Origin: Vicugna vicugna
Lineage: Eukaryota
Reading direction: 5' to 3'
DNA: 64,000 bases
Assembly (NCBI GenBank): GCA_013265495.1
Contig: MU059403.1
Coordinates: 1,316,960-1,380,959 of the forward strand
Positions 37,610-51,400 of this stretch are shown here, in pieces. The position numbers were made by a program, and so were the translations under genes. Numbering within the stretch: position 1 is the first letter of the stretch; the number at the start of each line of letters is the position of its first letter. The notes under the pieces are model-generated. The model saw only the letters and a list, made by a program, of their open reading frames with translations, was not told the DNA's origin and ran no database searches.

Positions 37610-38675
37610 CCAGGCTGGCACCGCCCGGCCTCCAGCCGACCCAACCACCCAGGGGCCCTTTGCAGGCTCCGGCCGCAGCCTCCCTGTTCATCTCCTTGGT
37701 TCAGGGACTGAATGTCAGGTGCCCAAAGCCCATTACCCGGATCCCAGACCCAGGGCTGCCACCGAGGACCCTGCAGGAGCTGGAGGGGCCGCCAGAGCTC
37801 AGAGGATGCCTGGCAGAGCGGCCTCCCTCCCCCACTGCACCCTTCCTCCCGTCCAGAGGCAGCAGCAGTGCTGGACCCCAAACAAGGCCCAGTGCAGACC
37901 TGCTCTGAGCCCCTTTGGGCCGTGGCCACTGCCTCCTGCCCGGCCTGCGAACACCTGCTGCAGGTGAAGGCGGGGGTGGCAGGGACCATCTCCCACCACA
38001 GAGGGTAAGCTGAGCCGGTGAACTGTGACCCCCCTGGGAAGAGCGTGTTGAAGGGCGAGGTCCTCACTTGGCCACAGAACCAGAGAACAACCCCCTTCCA
38101 GGGGCTTTGGAGCCTGAAGGCCCAGCCAGCACCCTGGGTGTGCCCATTACTGGGTGAGCCAGGAGGGGTCCTGAGCTGTCCCCCTTGGGAGGGACTGGGG
38201 AGGCATTTATCTGACAGACACAGGAGGCTGTTTGAGGCGCCACTGGGCAGCTCCCAGGGAACTGGGTTCCCGCTGTCCCTCTGTGGGGTCAGAAGGCGTG
38301 GAGAGCAGAGTGACAAGGAGGTCTCTGCCTGGCTCCGCCTGCCTGCGATCCCCCATCGGCCCAGCTCTCCATGCCCCACGTGAGTCCAGGACACCACTGC
38401 CATCTTCTCTCTCCAGGGGTGGACGCAACACTATTCTCATCCAACATGCGTGTCCTTGCAGCTGGCCACTGAGTGACTTTTTGAAGTGTCCAAAGAGCCG
38501 GAAAGCAGGTACCAGACCCCCGCTGTCCCCTCAAGTGCGCCCGAGCTGCTCCAGTCACTGGCCTGGGACCCATGACTGAAGGTCACTGGCATTCCTGCTG
38601 ACGAAGGAAACTGCCCCTTTCCACGAATGTCCGAGCACACAGGGAGGACTCGAGGGAGCAGCGCACCTCCGCAAA

Positions 38676-38755
38676 GCACGCGCACATGTGCACACACGCA
38701 CACGAGCACACACACGTGCGCACATGCGAGCACACGCACACCACACACACACGCA
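38676..38755. repeat. Degenerate (CA/CG)n alternating purine-pyrimidine tract
   Basis: gcacgcgcacatgtgcacacacgcacacgagcacacacacgtgcgcac... Confidence 0.75.
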
Positions 38756-39116
38756 GGAGCCCTGAGGCGGGGGAGGGAGGGGCACAGGAGTGAAGACTCT
38801 GGATACTTAGTCTTGGTCCTCTGTCACCAAATGGGCCTGCCAAGAATGTTCTAGAAATAAAGCCTCTGAACCATAATTCCAGAAAGCACAGGCTTCACAA
38901 AACAAGGCAGGAGAGCCACTCAGCAACAAAGGCGCGTGGCCCTGATACGGGCACAGGGAACAGAAAGCCGTGCCACTGCAGGGACACACGTCTGGGTCCA
39001 GATTCCATGAACTCACAGAAAAGGCAACAACACGCAGAGACGCAGAGAGCAGGCCCGCGCTGCCCGGGCTGGAGGCCGCCGCCCAGGGTGTGGGACGTCC
39101 CACAGTCGGACAGTGG

Positions 39117-39235
39117 TGGCTGCATGTCGTAAACTTACTAACACACACTCAACTGTTCACTTAAAGCGAGTGTATTTTATAGCATGTAAATCATACCTCA
39201 ATAACTCTATTAAAACACGTTATAAAATACTGGAA
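39117..39235 (+). mobile_element. LINE-1 (L1M-type) 3' terminus
   Basis: aactgttcacttaaagcgagtgtattttatagcatgtaaatcatacctcaataa is a typical L1M 3' end. Confidence 0.7.
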
Positions 39236-42200
39236 AATCACAGAAAGTCACTCAACAGACGGCACCAAAGGCATCTGCCAGAGGTGCCCCTTCCCGGCAG
39301 GTGTGTGCGTGTGGCTGTGTATGCACACGAGCGTGAGTGCGCGCGTACCCTGGGGACAGAGGACGCTGGCAGCCGGCCTCTCCTGCACCATCAGGAGCGT
39401 GTGGGCCCTTCCGTGTGCCCCACCTGCCCTTTGGAGGCGGCCCTGAGGGTCACAGTGACACGTTCTGGGGACAGGGGGTCTGAGTCCGGAGGCCGAGCTG
39501 CATCGCTAGAGGCCTTCCCGCCAGCCCCCACCACCCAGCGCGCGCTTGCCGCCCCCTCTGGGGCCCCGCACGCCTGGACCCCGGCGACCGGGGAAGAGCC
39601 GGGCCGCGCCCCACGGCCACGCTCGCCACGCTGCTTCTTGCTGTGCTTCTTTCATCCTCACCTGCCTTGGAAAGGAGGTTGGGCGCCACCAGCTCACGCA
39701 CTGTACCCGCAGGGAGCACGAGGCCCAGAGAAGCCAAGGGCTGTCCAGCCCCGGATCTGCCATCTCTCAGGCCCAGAGACCCTCTAGGGAACTGCTCATT
39801 CTCGTGGACCTGCCCAGCGTAACTCCGGTGTCCCGGGCCGATAGATGTCAGCATTTTGGGACGCGCTGGGGTCTGACGGCCGCCCGGAGACGCAGGTGAG
39901 TGCGGAGGCTGGGGCAGCCCGGACGTGCCTCAGCCTGGCAGTGGGAGGGAGCTGAGGACCCCTCGCAGCCCCAGCCCAGAGACCATGGACACTGGAGGGG
40001 TCACCCTGCGGGGGTCCTGGGCCTGCTTCCCAGAGGAAAGGCAGAGGCAGCTGGAGGGCTCTCTGCGGGCCACGCAGGCAGGCCGGGCTGTGTCTGCCAC
40101 CCGCTCCCGCCTCTTGGCCTCAGTTAAAACCCAAAGTCAAGAGCAGGTGTGGGAGGGCCGGCGCACCCAGGCCCGTGGCCCAGCCCTCTCAGCACGCGCT
40201 GCTCTTCCTCAAACTGACCTTTGGCTGAGGTTCCAAAGTGACACCCTGCAGGGAGCACCTGCAGTCTGATTCCTTCTTTATCTGCGGCAAGCACTGCCCA
40301 CCGCCCCACCACCACCCCGGTGAAAGCGGGGCTCCTAGGCTCACCTGGCACCCACAGGACAGCCACAGGGCACCTCTGGGTGCAACCATCAGGCTAAGAT
40401 TCAGGGACACAGCAGTGACAGACAAGGAAAGGAATGGAGCCAAGGGACTCGCGGAAGCCACAGGCACCATGTGAGTAGGCTCAGTAGGACGAGGTCCATG
40501 AACATTGCGGCCAAGGGCACACTAGGCCTCTGGGCCCTGGGACAGGAATGAGCCGGACACACTGGCGACCAGTGCCCCTAGGCCGAGCTCCAACGTCCCT
40601 CTCACGTGACATCCTAAAACCAAGCCCCACCCCATCAGCCGCCCTGCCCCTGCTGCCCCGGCCCCATCAGTCCAGTCTGGGAGCCGCAGAGAGCGAAGCT
40701 ACTGGTCCTTGTCTGGACCCACTTCTGGGCTCGCCCACCAGGACCAGATGCCAGTGTGACAAAGTCCCGAGCTGACTGTCCAGTCAAGGGACACCTGCCT
40801 TTTCAGCATCCATGCAGCTGACAAAGGGGCACAAGAACAAGAACTTGGGGTAGATAAGAAACATGCATCTCAATGCCGTGCACATTTTGTGTGTGTTCTA
40901 ATGGAAAAGTTTCTGCTTCAGAGAAATGGATCATAGTGGACAAAATGCTACAAAGTCAAAAAATTAGCCAATCTAGTTGAATAAGAAATTAAATTAAATT
41001 AATTAACCCGAACAAGAAAGGCATCTGAGAAGTACAGGGGAACTGTGAGAACGTGGGATGGGCTGTCCCTCGCCCTCGCGTCCCCAGGCACAAAGACGCA
41101 GCTGGAAGAATTCGCTGAGACACAGGAATGCGTAATTGCCTGCTGGTGGGATGCGGACGGGGCAGGGCCGCTCGGGGCCCAGAGTCCAGGGCCCAGGGTC
41201 AGCAGGACCCTGTGTGGACACTCGCACAAGGACGGGGACGGGCCTGGGCCCCTTGGGGCCAGCAGACTGCGGGAGCAGCAGAGTGGAGCGTCTCCCCTTT
41301 TCTGAGGCCCAGCCCTTTCCAGCCTTTAATATAAATCAATTCACCTGTCACACGTGACACTCACCTTTCACTGTGAGAGCTGCTCCCGGAGCACTGGCGG
41401 TGCACCGGTGTTACTCCTGCCAGGAATCAGGGCTGGAGGCCCGGACGCGTGGACGCCCCAGGCCACCCCCTCTGAGCACAGAGCCACAGCACAGGGGCGG
41501 GGGAGGCCCTTCACCCACCACCTAGAGCCACACCCCAGTCAAGGCCGTGCTGACTGGACCAGCCTGGGAGGTACGTGAACGTCCCGTCCTGAGGCCCTTG
41601 GTTACTTTCCCCCGACACCAGTGCTCCTCCGGACCCTTCATTTAAAGGGGTGGAGCAAGACACTGTCTGTGTCCCCCATCTCCCACTTTGGTTAGGGCAC
41701 CCCCGTGGACGGAGGCCCGGGCCCCCTCCCAGCCCCTCCCAGCCCCCGCTTCTCCTGCACAGGGCTTTGTGCGCCCAGAGTGCAGGCTTGGGAAGCCAGG
41801 ACTGGGGAGGGGGCGTGCGTGGGTCAGAAGCCCAGACGGAGAGAGTCAGCAGCATGTACAGAATTTGGTGTTCGCTGCAGGACGGCAGGGCTGGGGGTCC
41901 CAGGGACAGCTGGCTCTGAGTCACATGGAGGGCCCCCCTCATCCTACAACAAGCCGGGGACAAAGACATCATCGTCCCCACTGCAGAGATAAGAACTCTG
42001 AGGCGGGAGGGGCTGGCGCTTGTCTGAAGCCTGCAGCTGTTACTTGGTGGGACAAATCGGCGTTTGCTCCAGTTGGGGACACGGGGTTGTGCTGCTCGAG
42101 CCACTGCCCTCCAGTCACGGTCACTAGATCCCTGATTTGGACACAGAGGGCCCCTAGGATCAACCTCGGCCTTGCTCCTGAGGAGAGAGGTGAAATGCAG

Positions 42201-42624
42201 GACAGGACAGGACAGTTCGGGAGAAGGGAGCTGCAGAAAAGGGAAGCAGTGAGCCAGCTGACTGCAGCCTCCGTGGCCCAGGCCCCCGCCCCCCTCGCCC
42301 TCCAACTCCCCTTTCAGCCCGGAGAGCAGATGCTCAGCGTTCCCTCCCTGCCTCCTCCCCTCTGCGCACAAATGCTAGCCTTGCTCAATTTGCCACGACT
42401 ATTAGTTTAGGATGGAGCTCCCCTACTCCTGCCCCCGCAACCCCTGCCCCCACCACCTGACCTGCACTGAGCCCTGGGGCCCGGGGCAAGAGGCTTGGGG
42501 GGGCAGCCCAGACAGGGGGCCTTCCACCCCTCACCTCCGCTGCGCGAGCGTTCAACTCCATTCAGCAAAGTTTAGTGCTTCCAAATATGTGAGCTAGTTA
42601 CCCAAAGGGCTTTGAGATTCAGCT

Positions 42625-42646
42625 GTCTGTCTGTCTGTCTGTCTGC
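42625..42646. repeat. (TCTG)n microsatellite
   Basis: tgtctgtctgtctgtctgtctg. Confidence 0.8.
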
Positions 42647-43479
42647 CTGCTGGGTTACGCATTTCCACCCCTGAGGCCTCCCCCACCCTCACTCGGAACC
42701 CGAGCTGTCCCTGTGCCGACTCAGGGACACTGGAGCCATAGCTCCAGAGAGAGAGACACACTTTGGAAAGTAAAACGGATTTTGGCAAAAGGCAGCCCCA
42801 GTGCCAGGGCCACAGGCTGGGGCCGCAACTCACCTACGAGTCTGTGACGAGCAGGAAGCCGCCCAGGCTGCAGGTGCAAACCCGGACTGGCTACAGGCAG
42901 CTGGGCAACGTGGGGAGCGGTCCCTAGGCCTCCCCATCCTCAGCTGTGTGCCGGAGACCGTGGGATAAGCGGCCTGGTGTGTGTGGAGTAGGGGAGCCAG
43001 GAGAGGGGTGGTCCGCACCCACAGGGAAAGGGGGGTGTTTACCCACAAATGCAGTTTACAATCTGCACAGGAACACAGGCTGGCTAAGTGCACTTTATTG
43101 TTGCTTTTGAGCCCTCTACCCATCAGGCATCCCTTCCCGTTTGCATCGGGCAGACCCCACCCCGTGTTCTCAGGTCCCTAGACGCCACGGGCCCTGGGGG
43201 GCCCAGAGGAGGGCGCGGCCGCAGCCACGCTGCCAGCAGGGTGCCTCTGGCTTACTGCTGGTGGGGTTCTGCCCTCAGACAAGCGAGAGGACGGCAGAGC
43301 CGTGGAGACTCGGGACACGGGGTGCCGGCCAGGCGGGGGGACCGGTCACCCTGGCACTGGAGGCATCCATTCCTTCCTTTATTCTGGAGGCGCCACCAAG
43401 CCCACTGCTGAGCTGCCCGGTGTGTCCCTGTCACTGGGAAACAGAGACAGCAGCTCAGCTCCAGCGCTCCGCCCTCCCC

Positions 43480-44070
43480 TCCGCTCAGAGCAGCAAACTG
43501 GAGAGCCACCTCATTTCTTTTCCCTCCCACCCCAAGTCCAGACAGCAGCAAATCCTCATGGTTTTATCTTCAAAACTCCCCAGCACCTTCCGATAGCGCC
43601 CCCCGCCTCTGCCACCTGGTCTGCACTCACCTCCAGTGCTCCCAGTCTCCTCTTCCGGCCCACCCCCACCTGCCATTCTCTGCTAAAACAGGGCAGCTCA
43701 CTGCCCTCCAGCTCAGGGTCTGAGGACGCTTGCATCTCTTGTGCAGGAGAAGCTGGAGTCCTGAGTGTGATCTTGGCCTTCAAGCCCCTCCAAGGGTGGC
43801 CCTGTTTGCTCTCTGGCCTCCCCACCTTCCTGCCCCTGGACCTTTGCACATGCTCCTCCCAGCACATCTTCCTGTCTTGTCCCCGCACTGCTCAGGAACT
43901 AGCTCACACGTCTCATCACGGGGGACGCCTGTCCCAGCTCCTGGCTCTGGGCATGGTTTCACCACTCGCATGTGTGTTGTCTGTCTCTCTCCCCCGGAAG
44001 GAAGCTTCACAGACCTGGTCACTGCAGTCTCCCCAGTGCTTCACCCCCTGCCCAGAGCAGCCCACGGCCC
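43480..44070 (+). mobile_element. LINE-2 3' remnant
   Basis: L2-like pyrimidine-rich blocks: cagcaaatcctcatggttttatcttcaaaac, cttggccttcaagcccctc, ctttgcacatgctcctccc, tccccagtgctt. Confidence 0.6.
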
Positions 44071-45119
44071 ACTGTATGTCCCCAGCCACACATGTGGAGT
44101 TAAAAACACCCACCACATGCCAGGAACATTTGCCAGGTTGATCCTTAGCAATCCTCGCACGGGGGCTGTATCTCCATTTCCCAGACTTGCACACTGAGGA
44201 TCATCTGGCTCTGGAATCAGGTCTCCTGGTTTCTACCCAAGGCTGAGGGGGAGGCCCCAAAGAAGCCGCAGCCTCTCCCAGGTGGACCCGGGGCCGCAGG
44301 TCAGGTCCTGCATTGCCCTGGGCTCTAAGGGAAAGGGGCCCCAAGAACCACAGGGGTCACTGTCACAAATTCAAGGACTTGGTGGAAAAGACAGAGTTAC
44401 ATCCCACACTCTCTCCCTGGTTATTGATGTATGGAAAGCCTGGGGCAGGCCCAGCAGGATGACTGCCTTTCCAGCAAGTTCCCTGGTGCCGCTGAGGCCG
44501 CTGGTCCAGCGCCGCGAGAGAACCGGCGTCCCAGAGCAACGCGCAGGCCCAGCAGGCGCCCCCACCTGACGGAGGGGCCGTGCCTCTACGATTTCACTGC
44601 AGTGCAAAGGGGGCTCGGAGATGAGCGGGCTCTGAGCTGCACCCCCAAGTCTCGGACTGACTGTCTCGAGGGCCCAGGCCTGTCCCTGCCTGTCTCCCTC
44701 ACTCCAGGCAGGCGTGCTGTCACCAGGAGGTTGTGTCTGGAGTGGCCAGTCCACGCAGAGCCGAGCGTCCCCATGTCCACCATAGGCCTTGCCCGTGTGT
44801 CCACACCTCTTGTGTCGTGTGCTGTGACTTTAAACAGTGACCTCAGAGCTTGTTGTCCAGTGAGGGACCCGCTTAGGGGCACCTGTGCTCTGCAGACCCG
44901 CATCCCCCCAGCCACCTGCTAGCAGGCCGCCGTGGCAGCTAGTTACCTCCTCCAGGCTGGTGGCCCTTGAGAGCTCAGCAGAGCCTGACCTTCCCTTGTT
45001 ACGTCCGCCTGTCCTTCTCAGCCGGGCTCAGCACCTGGGGAGCCTGGCTATGACCTTGTGTCTGTCCTTCCACATTGTCTCTGAGCATAGTGCACTTCAC
45101 ATTTCGCTTTCATATTTTG

Positions 45120-45250
45120 TATTTATGCTTTAAACTTTCCCACATGCTTTCAGATACGCAATCCCATAAGACAAGGAGGCTCATGTGACTTCCCTTTTAC
45201 AGCTGGGGAAAACTGAGGTCCAAAAGGGACAAGAGAATTGCCCAGGAACA
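45120..45250 (-). mobile_element. MIR SINE remnant
   Basis: cccttttacagctggggaaaactgaggtcc...aattgcccagg matches the MIR core. Confidence 0.6.
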
Positions 45251-48189
45251 GAACCATCTCTGAGACCAGAACCAAGGCACCAGCCAGGGCTGCACGTACC
45301 CCCGCCCCTCCCCACAGTGCTGCGGTGCTGTCTCTAACAGGCCAGGGGCCTCCCAACCCAGAAACCCAGCGCAGGCCCTACGCCTGGCCTGAGGGGGCTG
45401 GGCCCACGCGGGACCAGAGACGGCTTGCACGCTGACCCACCGAGGCACACAGAGCGGCAGCGCGTCTCTGGCCCCTGAAGCAGCAGAGAGAATGAACAAA
45501 AGGCGAGCCTAATGCAAGGGGAGAGTGGCCGGTTTTTCTGGACTTGATGTTATGAATTTACAAACCAAGGGTCAAAACCCGGAGAAGGGGTTCTGAGCAG
45601 CAGGAAAAGTGTGGACTAAGCTCTAAGATGCCCACGGATGGCCAGGCACCCGGTGGAAGAAGCGCCCACATCAGGTCCTCCTCTGCTCGCCGATTCGGAG
45701 AGGGGACGTCTCCTGCGGGGGCAGCAGTGTCCTCCTGCTCAGCTGGCCGCCCAGGCATGTGGCTGCAGAGCTGCCCTGCCAACTGCTTACTGAGTCAGTG
45801 AGATAAAAACCTGAACTGGGCTTTCTAGCAGTCAGGAGCCCACAATACGGAAAGCACGGTCCGGAGGAGAGTCTGAACCGCAGGTCAGACTGGCCCAAGC
45901 TGCAGCCGACCTCCACCTCCCTCTGTGGGAGCCGGCACACGGGGCACCCAGGTGGCCGGTCTCCCGGCTCCGACACCGGGCCCTTCTGCTTGGCCTCCCT
46001 CTGCTGAGGGGGCGCGGGCCCCACGCAGAGAGCCCTGAGCACTCTTCGTCGGAGCCTCTGACGCAGCCCGGGCCCAGCCGAGGAGCTGAGCCTGGCGCCT
46101 GACTTCAGAAGCAGGGAAAGCGGCAGCGGGGCGTCTGCGCCTCGAGCAGCTTCAAACGTGCTATGGATCCACATTGTTGGGAATGACAAAGAATCAAGAA
46201 CAATTTCACATACGTGTGAGCTGCAATCCAACAGTATCAGGTTGAATTTTTAAACACACATGCACACACACCCCCCAGCATTCGTGAAATGTCACTAGTT
46301 TAAGGGGCGAGGCCAGAAGTGGGGCGGGAAACGGCAGGTGATGACCAGTCACCCCAGCCAACAGCCCCGTCCCATTTTCAGGACGCAGGTCTGGTTTCTC
46401 CAAACCCTGGTTATTTTCTGAGGACCCTCCATGTCCTGGTGGCATGCAGACGCTACCCCGAGAGCCCCGTCTCAGGGTCTAGCACGACACTGTCCTTTCC
46501 AGAACCCGAAGGACGAACCACCACAGTTAATTCTCGACTGACTCAGAACTGAGGTGCATCTGGACACGGCCTCCCACCTCCGGGAGAGGCACAGCCCTGA
46601 GACGGGGGTCGGGGGGTCAAGGGTGGGCGGGGTGACCTGCGGGGAGGCACGTGGAGCACCCCTCATTAGGGTCCAGTTCATCCAGTTAGAGCCAGTCACC
46701 TGGCAAGACCTCTGGGAACGGAGCAGACACTGGGAAGACGGACAGACGCCCAGGTGAGCAGGTGGGCTGTGGCAGGGTGGGAGGGGGTCGTTCACTCCAA
46801 AGATGTGCCGTGGGCGGGCGGCGGGGTGCCCAGGCCGCGCGGGCAGGCCTGCTCGCTGTCTGGAGCCTGGGGGTGGGGGTGGGGGTCCCCAGGAGGGGAG
46901 GGAAGTGGCTGTAGCCTTCGAGGTTCCTAGACTTTGTTGAGTAACACTTGCCAGACCTTCTGAAGCCCCAGAATAAAGCCTTTTCAAATGCACTTCATTC
47001 CTCAGGGGATGGTGGGTGTAGCAAGGTGGGGGGGATGCCCTGCACCCCCGATGACTCTGAGTCGGGTGAAGGTGTGTGCTGTGCCGTCTGCCTGGGAGGG
47101 TGGGCCCTGGGACTTCTGATCCTGACTTGTGCGCTAGCCCCGGACACTGAAGTCCCCAGGCAGAGGAGGGTTCAGGGCCCCACTTCATGAAGTGGGAATC
47201 CCACACCCCTGGTGGAGGGGCACATCCTCAGAAAGTAGGGGACCCCAGAGGGTCTCCATTACCATTTATTTCGAATCTATCACATGGACCATACTGTCTC
47301 TGATTCCTACCAAAACCCTGCAAGGTTACTGGGAGGGACCTGCAGCTAGCATCTCGGTGCCCCCCATCCGCCTTCCCCCATTGCTGCTCCAACTTAGAGG
47401 AACACACTTCACACCGGGATCAGGAACACACACACACACTGGTGGGACCCACAGGAAGTGGGAGGCCCCCAGCGTGCCCTCACCTTGGCCCAGGCCCCCG
47501 TCAGGTCTGATGGGCCCTCAGCCTGGCTGCCCTGAGACCCGGCTTTAGGCCTCCAGTGGTGGTGGAAGCAGCCGAGAGGACGTGACCACTGGTGACCACA
47601 AGCTGGACCCCGTCACCCTAGGCTCTCTCCCCGCCCAGCCTTGGAATGAGGCTCCGCACTACCCCCAGTCCGCGCATGAGGAGCCGCATCCGGGAGGTGG
47701 CCCCGGGCCAGCGCTCTGTGGCGGAGGCGGCCCAGAGGTGAACGCGGGCAAGCCCACTGAGGCCTCTGCGCAAACCTAAGACCCTGGCGCGGTGCAGGCC
47801 TCGTCGCCTGCTGCCACCAGGACAAGCCTGCACGTAAGCCCCCCGCTTATGAAAGCTGCCACCTGCCACCCGGAGCGCCTCCCTCTTGTGGGGTCCCCAT
47901 GCCCTCCGCATCCAGGAACCTCCCGAGGACACAGTGTGGGTCACATCCCGGTGAGCCGCTCCCCAAAACGGCTGTCAGCATTTGGGAACGTGCCTGGGGC
48001 ATAGGGTCAACCTCTGTCCATTGGGATTGCAGTCACAAACCCTAGCTGGCCTCCCCTGGGACCCCAGTGCCCCCCGCACCTCAAAGGGGCCAACAGGGCT
48101 GTGCCCAGCCAGAGAACCAAGCATGGCCTCCTTCCTGCCCGTCCTCAGGACCATCAGTGGTGTCCATGTGCCTGGGTCATGAGCCCAGC

Positions 48190-48490
48190 AATGGATGCTG
48201 CCATGAGGGTATTTTTGGACGAGACTAGTATTTAAATTAAGTGGCCCCTGCCATGATGTGGGTGGGCTGTATCGAAGCAGTTGACAGACTAAGAGACAAG
48301 TCTGAGGTCCCTGGAGGAGGCGGAGGAGACTCTTCTCCAGATGCCTTTCAGCTTGAGCTGCAGCATCAGCTCTTCCTGGGTCTCCGGGCCTGCCAGCCCC
48401 ACAGTCATGTGAGCCAACTCCCTAACCTCTGCTCTGTCTCCTTGTCCCTGTCTCTCCTGTCTGTTGTTTCTCTGGAGAACCTCAGCTAAC
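48190..48490 (+). mobile_element. MLT2-type (ERVL) LTR
   Basis: atgtgggtgggc, ctgcagcatcagctcttcctgggtctcc, catgtgagccaactcc and gtttctctggagaacct..ctaa match the MLT2 consensus. Confidence 0.75.
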
Positions 48491-51400
48491 TGCCCGCCCC
48501 CTCCCTGGATTGCACACCCACTCCACTTATGTAAATACACACTCCTGCCCCTGGTGACGCCCAGGGGAACACAGGTGGGGGGACCTGCGTGGCCTCCTGT
48601 CTGCTCTGCGGCCACTCGCCGGCCTCTCCCTCCTCCTCCCGCCAGCACTGTCCACTTTTCAGAAGGCCTCCCCTGTTCCCAAAGCCTTCGACTCCCCTCT
48701 CCCCAGCCAAGCCCTCTCTGACCTGAACTCCCACCAGCCTGGTCGGTGCAGCCACGTCTCCAGCTTGCGCCATGAAGCAGCCTGTTCCCCGACACCTCTC
48801 GCCTTCCTTCCCACTCCTCACAGCAGTCCCGGATGTCTACAGAGCAAGATGAGGTGCGACCTCCCAGGGCAAAATCTCTAGAGGCTCCCACCGCCCCTCC
48901 GGGTCCTCTGACCCTGACCATGGTGTGGGCTACAGAAAGCTGGCCCTGCCTCCACCCTGCCCCCCTCGCCCCCAGCCTTCTCCTTGTCTGGGATTCTACG
49001 TGGCCTTCCCACCATGCCCCCCTACCACGGGCTCCCCACCTTGGGGTCCCCCCACCTCCAGGCCCCATCTCCGTGCCTCCCAGAGTACTGTCCCCTCTGC
49101 CTCAGGCCTTTCCCTCCGTACACTGGCCTCCAGCAGCCGGTCACCCTGGCCCGGACTCGCATCTCTCTGGGGCACTGGGGCACTTGATTGTGTCAGACCA
49201 TTGTGACCTCCGTGTCTGCTGGCCACTCTGGTGGCGCTGTGACTCACGCTTCCTGGGACAGGCCTGTGCCTGGCTGGCTCTCTGCCCCGGGACCAGCTGC
49301 TCAGTGGACACGTGTGAGACCCATGTGCCAAGTCACTTTTCAGAGCCGAGAACAAGCCGCTACATCAGGCCGCCTGTGGCCTCCTTTACCAGCGCAGGGG
49401 CAGTGTCCACGCAGTGTCCACGTTCTGGCAGCACGCATCCCGTGAAGACCCCTCTGAGAGAGGCCTGACTTTCAGACCAGCTGTGCCCTTCACCCCCTAC
49501 CCACCCCAGCCCCAGACTCTTCACTCAAGCTGCGTGGGGCTGGGATGCGGGACGGAGGCGCTGGACAGGAGGCCTTGGCAGTGGCCACATGGTCAGGCCC
49601 ACAGGAGGGAGGAGGAGACTGCCAAGGGCAGGGTCCCTGGTCACCGAGGCATGCGCAGCAGGCACCGACCGGGACAAGCCGCAGTCCCAAGGCCCAGCAG
49701 ACTCCGAGCCGCTCTCTGGCACGCCCCCTGTGGGTACTGTCAGCGTCACGCTCTCTGTGTCCCTACGGCAGGATGTGGGGCCCTGGGTGCCACGGGCACC
49801 CTGTAAACCTCTGACCCCTCCTACCCCATTACATTATCGAGTGAAGTAACCAGAATGACAGCCTCCTCGGCGATGGGTGAGGATGGCAGCTTAACGTCAG
49901 CATCTCGGTCATGCCCGTGAGTGTGGGGGGTGCATTGGGATCCAGACCCCACCCAGGCCATCCAGGGGGCAGCTGGTGGTTGTCATGGGTGTCCCTCCAA
50001 GGGCTCCTAGAGGAGGGAGGCTGAGGTGCCGGGTCCTCATCATGCTCCACCAGCAGGGCAGTGAGCCCAGGGTCACCTTCTGGGGTTGGGTCGGGACTAA
50101 AGGGCTGATGTCCCTGGAGCGCTTACATGGTGCCCAGTGCCCAGCCCACTAACGCCACCATCGTTCACATGTCTGTGTTGGGACTGCTGCGGTCACTCTC
50201 ACTGCTCACTGAGCTGCCTTGCAGAGCGACGTTCATGACAGCCGGCAGCTCCGCCAGCCCCCGGCCAGGGCTTCCAGCAGTGGCGCTGGTGGCGCGGACT
50301 GCGGGGTGGGGGTGGCCAGGGCGGGGTGGGAGAGGCAAGGCTCCCGGAGCCAGGTGTTCCCACCTTGCTGCCACTGTGCATTCTACGGGGTGGGAGGAGA
50401 GCGAGCACCATGTGATTGTGAGTGACAGCTGCCCTGGGACAACAGGTGTCATCTGGGAAAGCTCTGGGCCCACAGCCCTGCCTGTGAGAGTAGAGGACTG
50501 ACTGGCTGGCTCCTCAAAATCCAGTCATTTTGAAACAAAGCACAGTCCCCTTCAGGTCCAGAGGACCCAGTCTGCACGGGGAGGATATTTCAGACCTTAA
50601 GGAAGCAAACGAATCCAGGTGGGTGAGTTCTTGCAGTTTTTGAACCCAGCTTCCGAAAAAGACCGAGACCTCGAAACAAACAGGACAGGAAGAAAGAAGC
50701 CGCTGTGCCCGCCTGGAGCAGAGGTCACCGTGCGGCGTCAGACCTCAGCCCCGCTGGCCTGCGAGCCCCAGCCGTGCCTCTGAGCCGGTACATCGGCCCT
50801 CCAGGCGGGGATCAGGTACGGAGACGAGACATGGGGGCCGCAGGCGTGGACCCCTCTCCTGCACCTCATCCCCATGGCGTTCGGCCTGCCCTTCGTGAGA
50901 GCAGAACGGCGCAGCCAAAGCGGGCTGCTTAAGGCACCTGAGAAGTCACTGTGACTGCTTGGGGCCCTTGTCTCTAGAAGAAATGAGATGCAGGCCCCTG
51001 CAGGCCCGTGGGGGGAGGGCAGGAGCACACAGAGGTGGCTCCCAACAGCCCACCTGGGCCAGACCAGTCCCAGTTAGCCTGGGGCTGGGTGAGGTGATGG
51101 GGGAGCAGGCCCTGTACCCTAACGTGGCTGGCAAGCCACCCATCCTGGCCAGGTCCCGCTGAAAACCACACTGAGGCCCTTGGGGGTGCCGAGGATTTCC
51201 TGAGATTCAAGCTCACATCTCTTGTTCATGGGAAGGATGCAGCCTCTGCTGACGGCTGCTCTCTGGAAAAGCTCTCTTCACTCTGGTGTCCACAAAGCCC
51301 TCCCACGCGCACAGACACGTCACCTCCCACCCGAGGCCGTGGGCCTCACACATGCCTGCCGGCCACCCAGCCTGTGCCCAGAGGCCAGGAAGGGAGCCTG

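Noticed and set aside
42834-42923. A phase 2-2 candidate exon that could follow the PD-repeat exon
   Set aside because: The donor is good (TAG|gtgagt) but the acceptor lacks a polypyrimidine tract (aggatggggaggcctag), and the peptide is uninformative.
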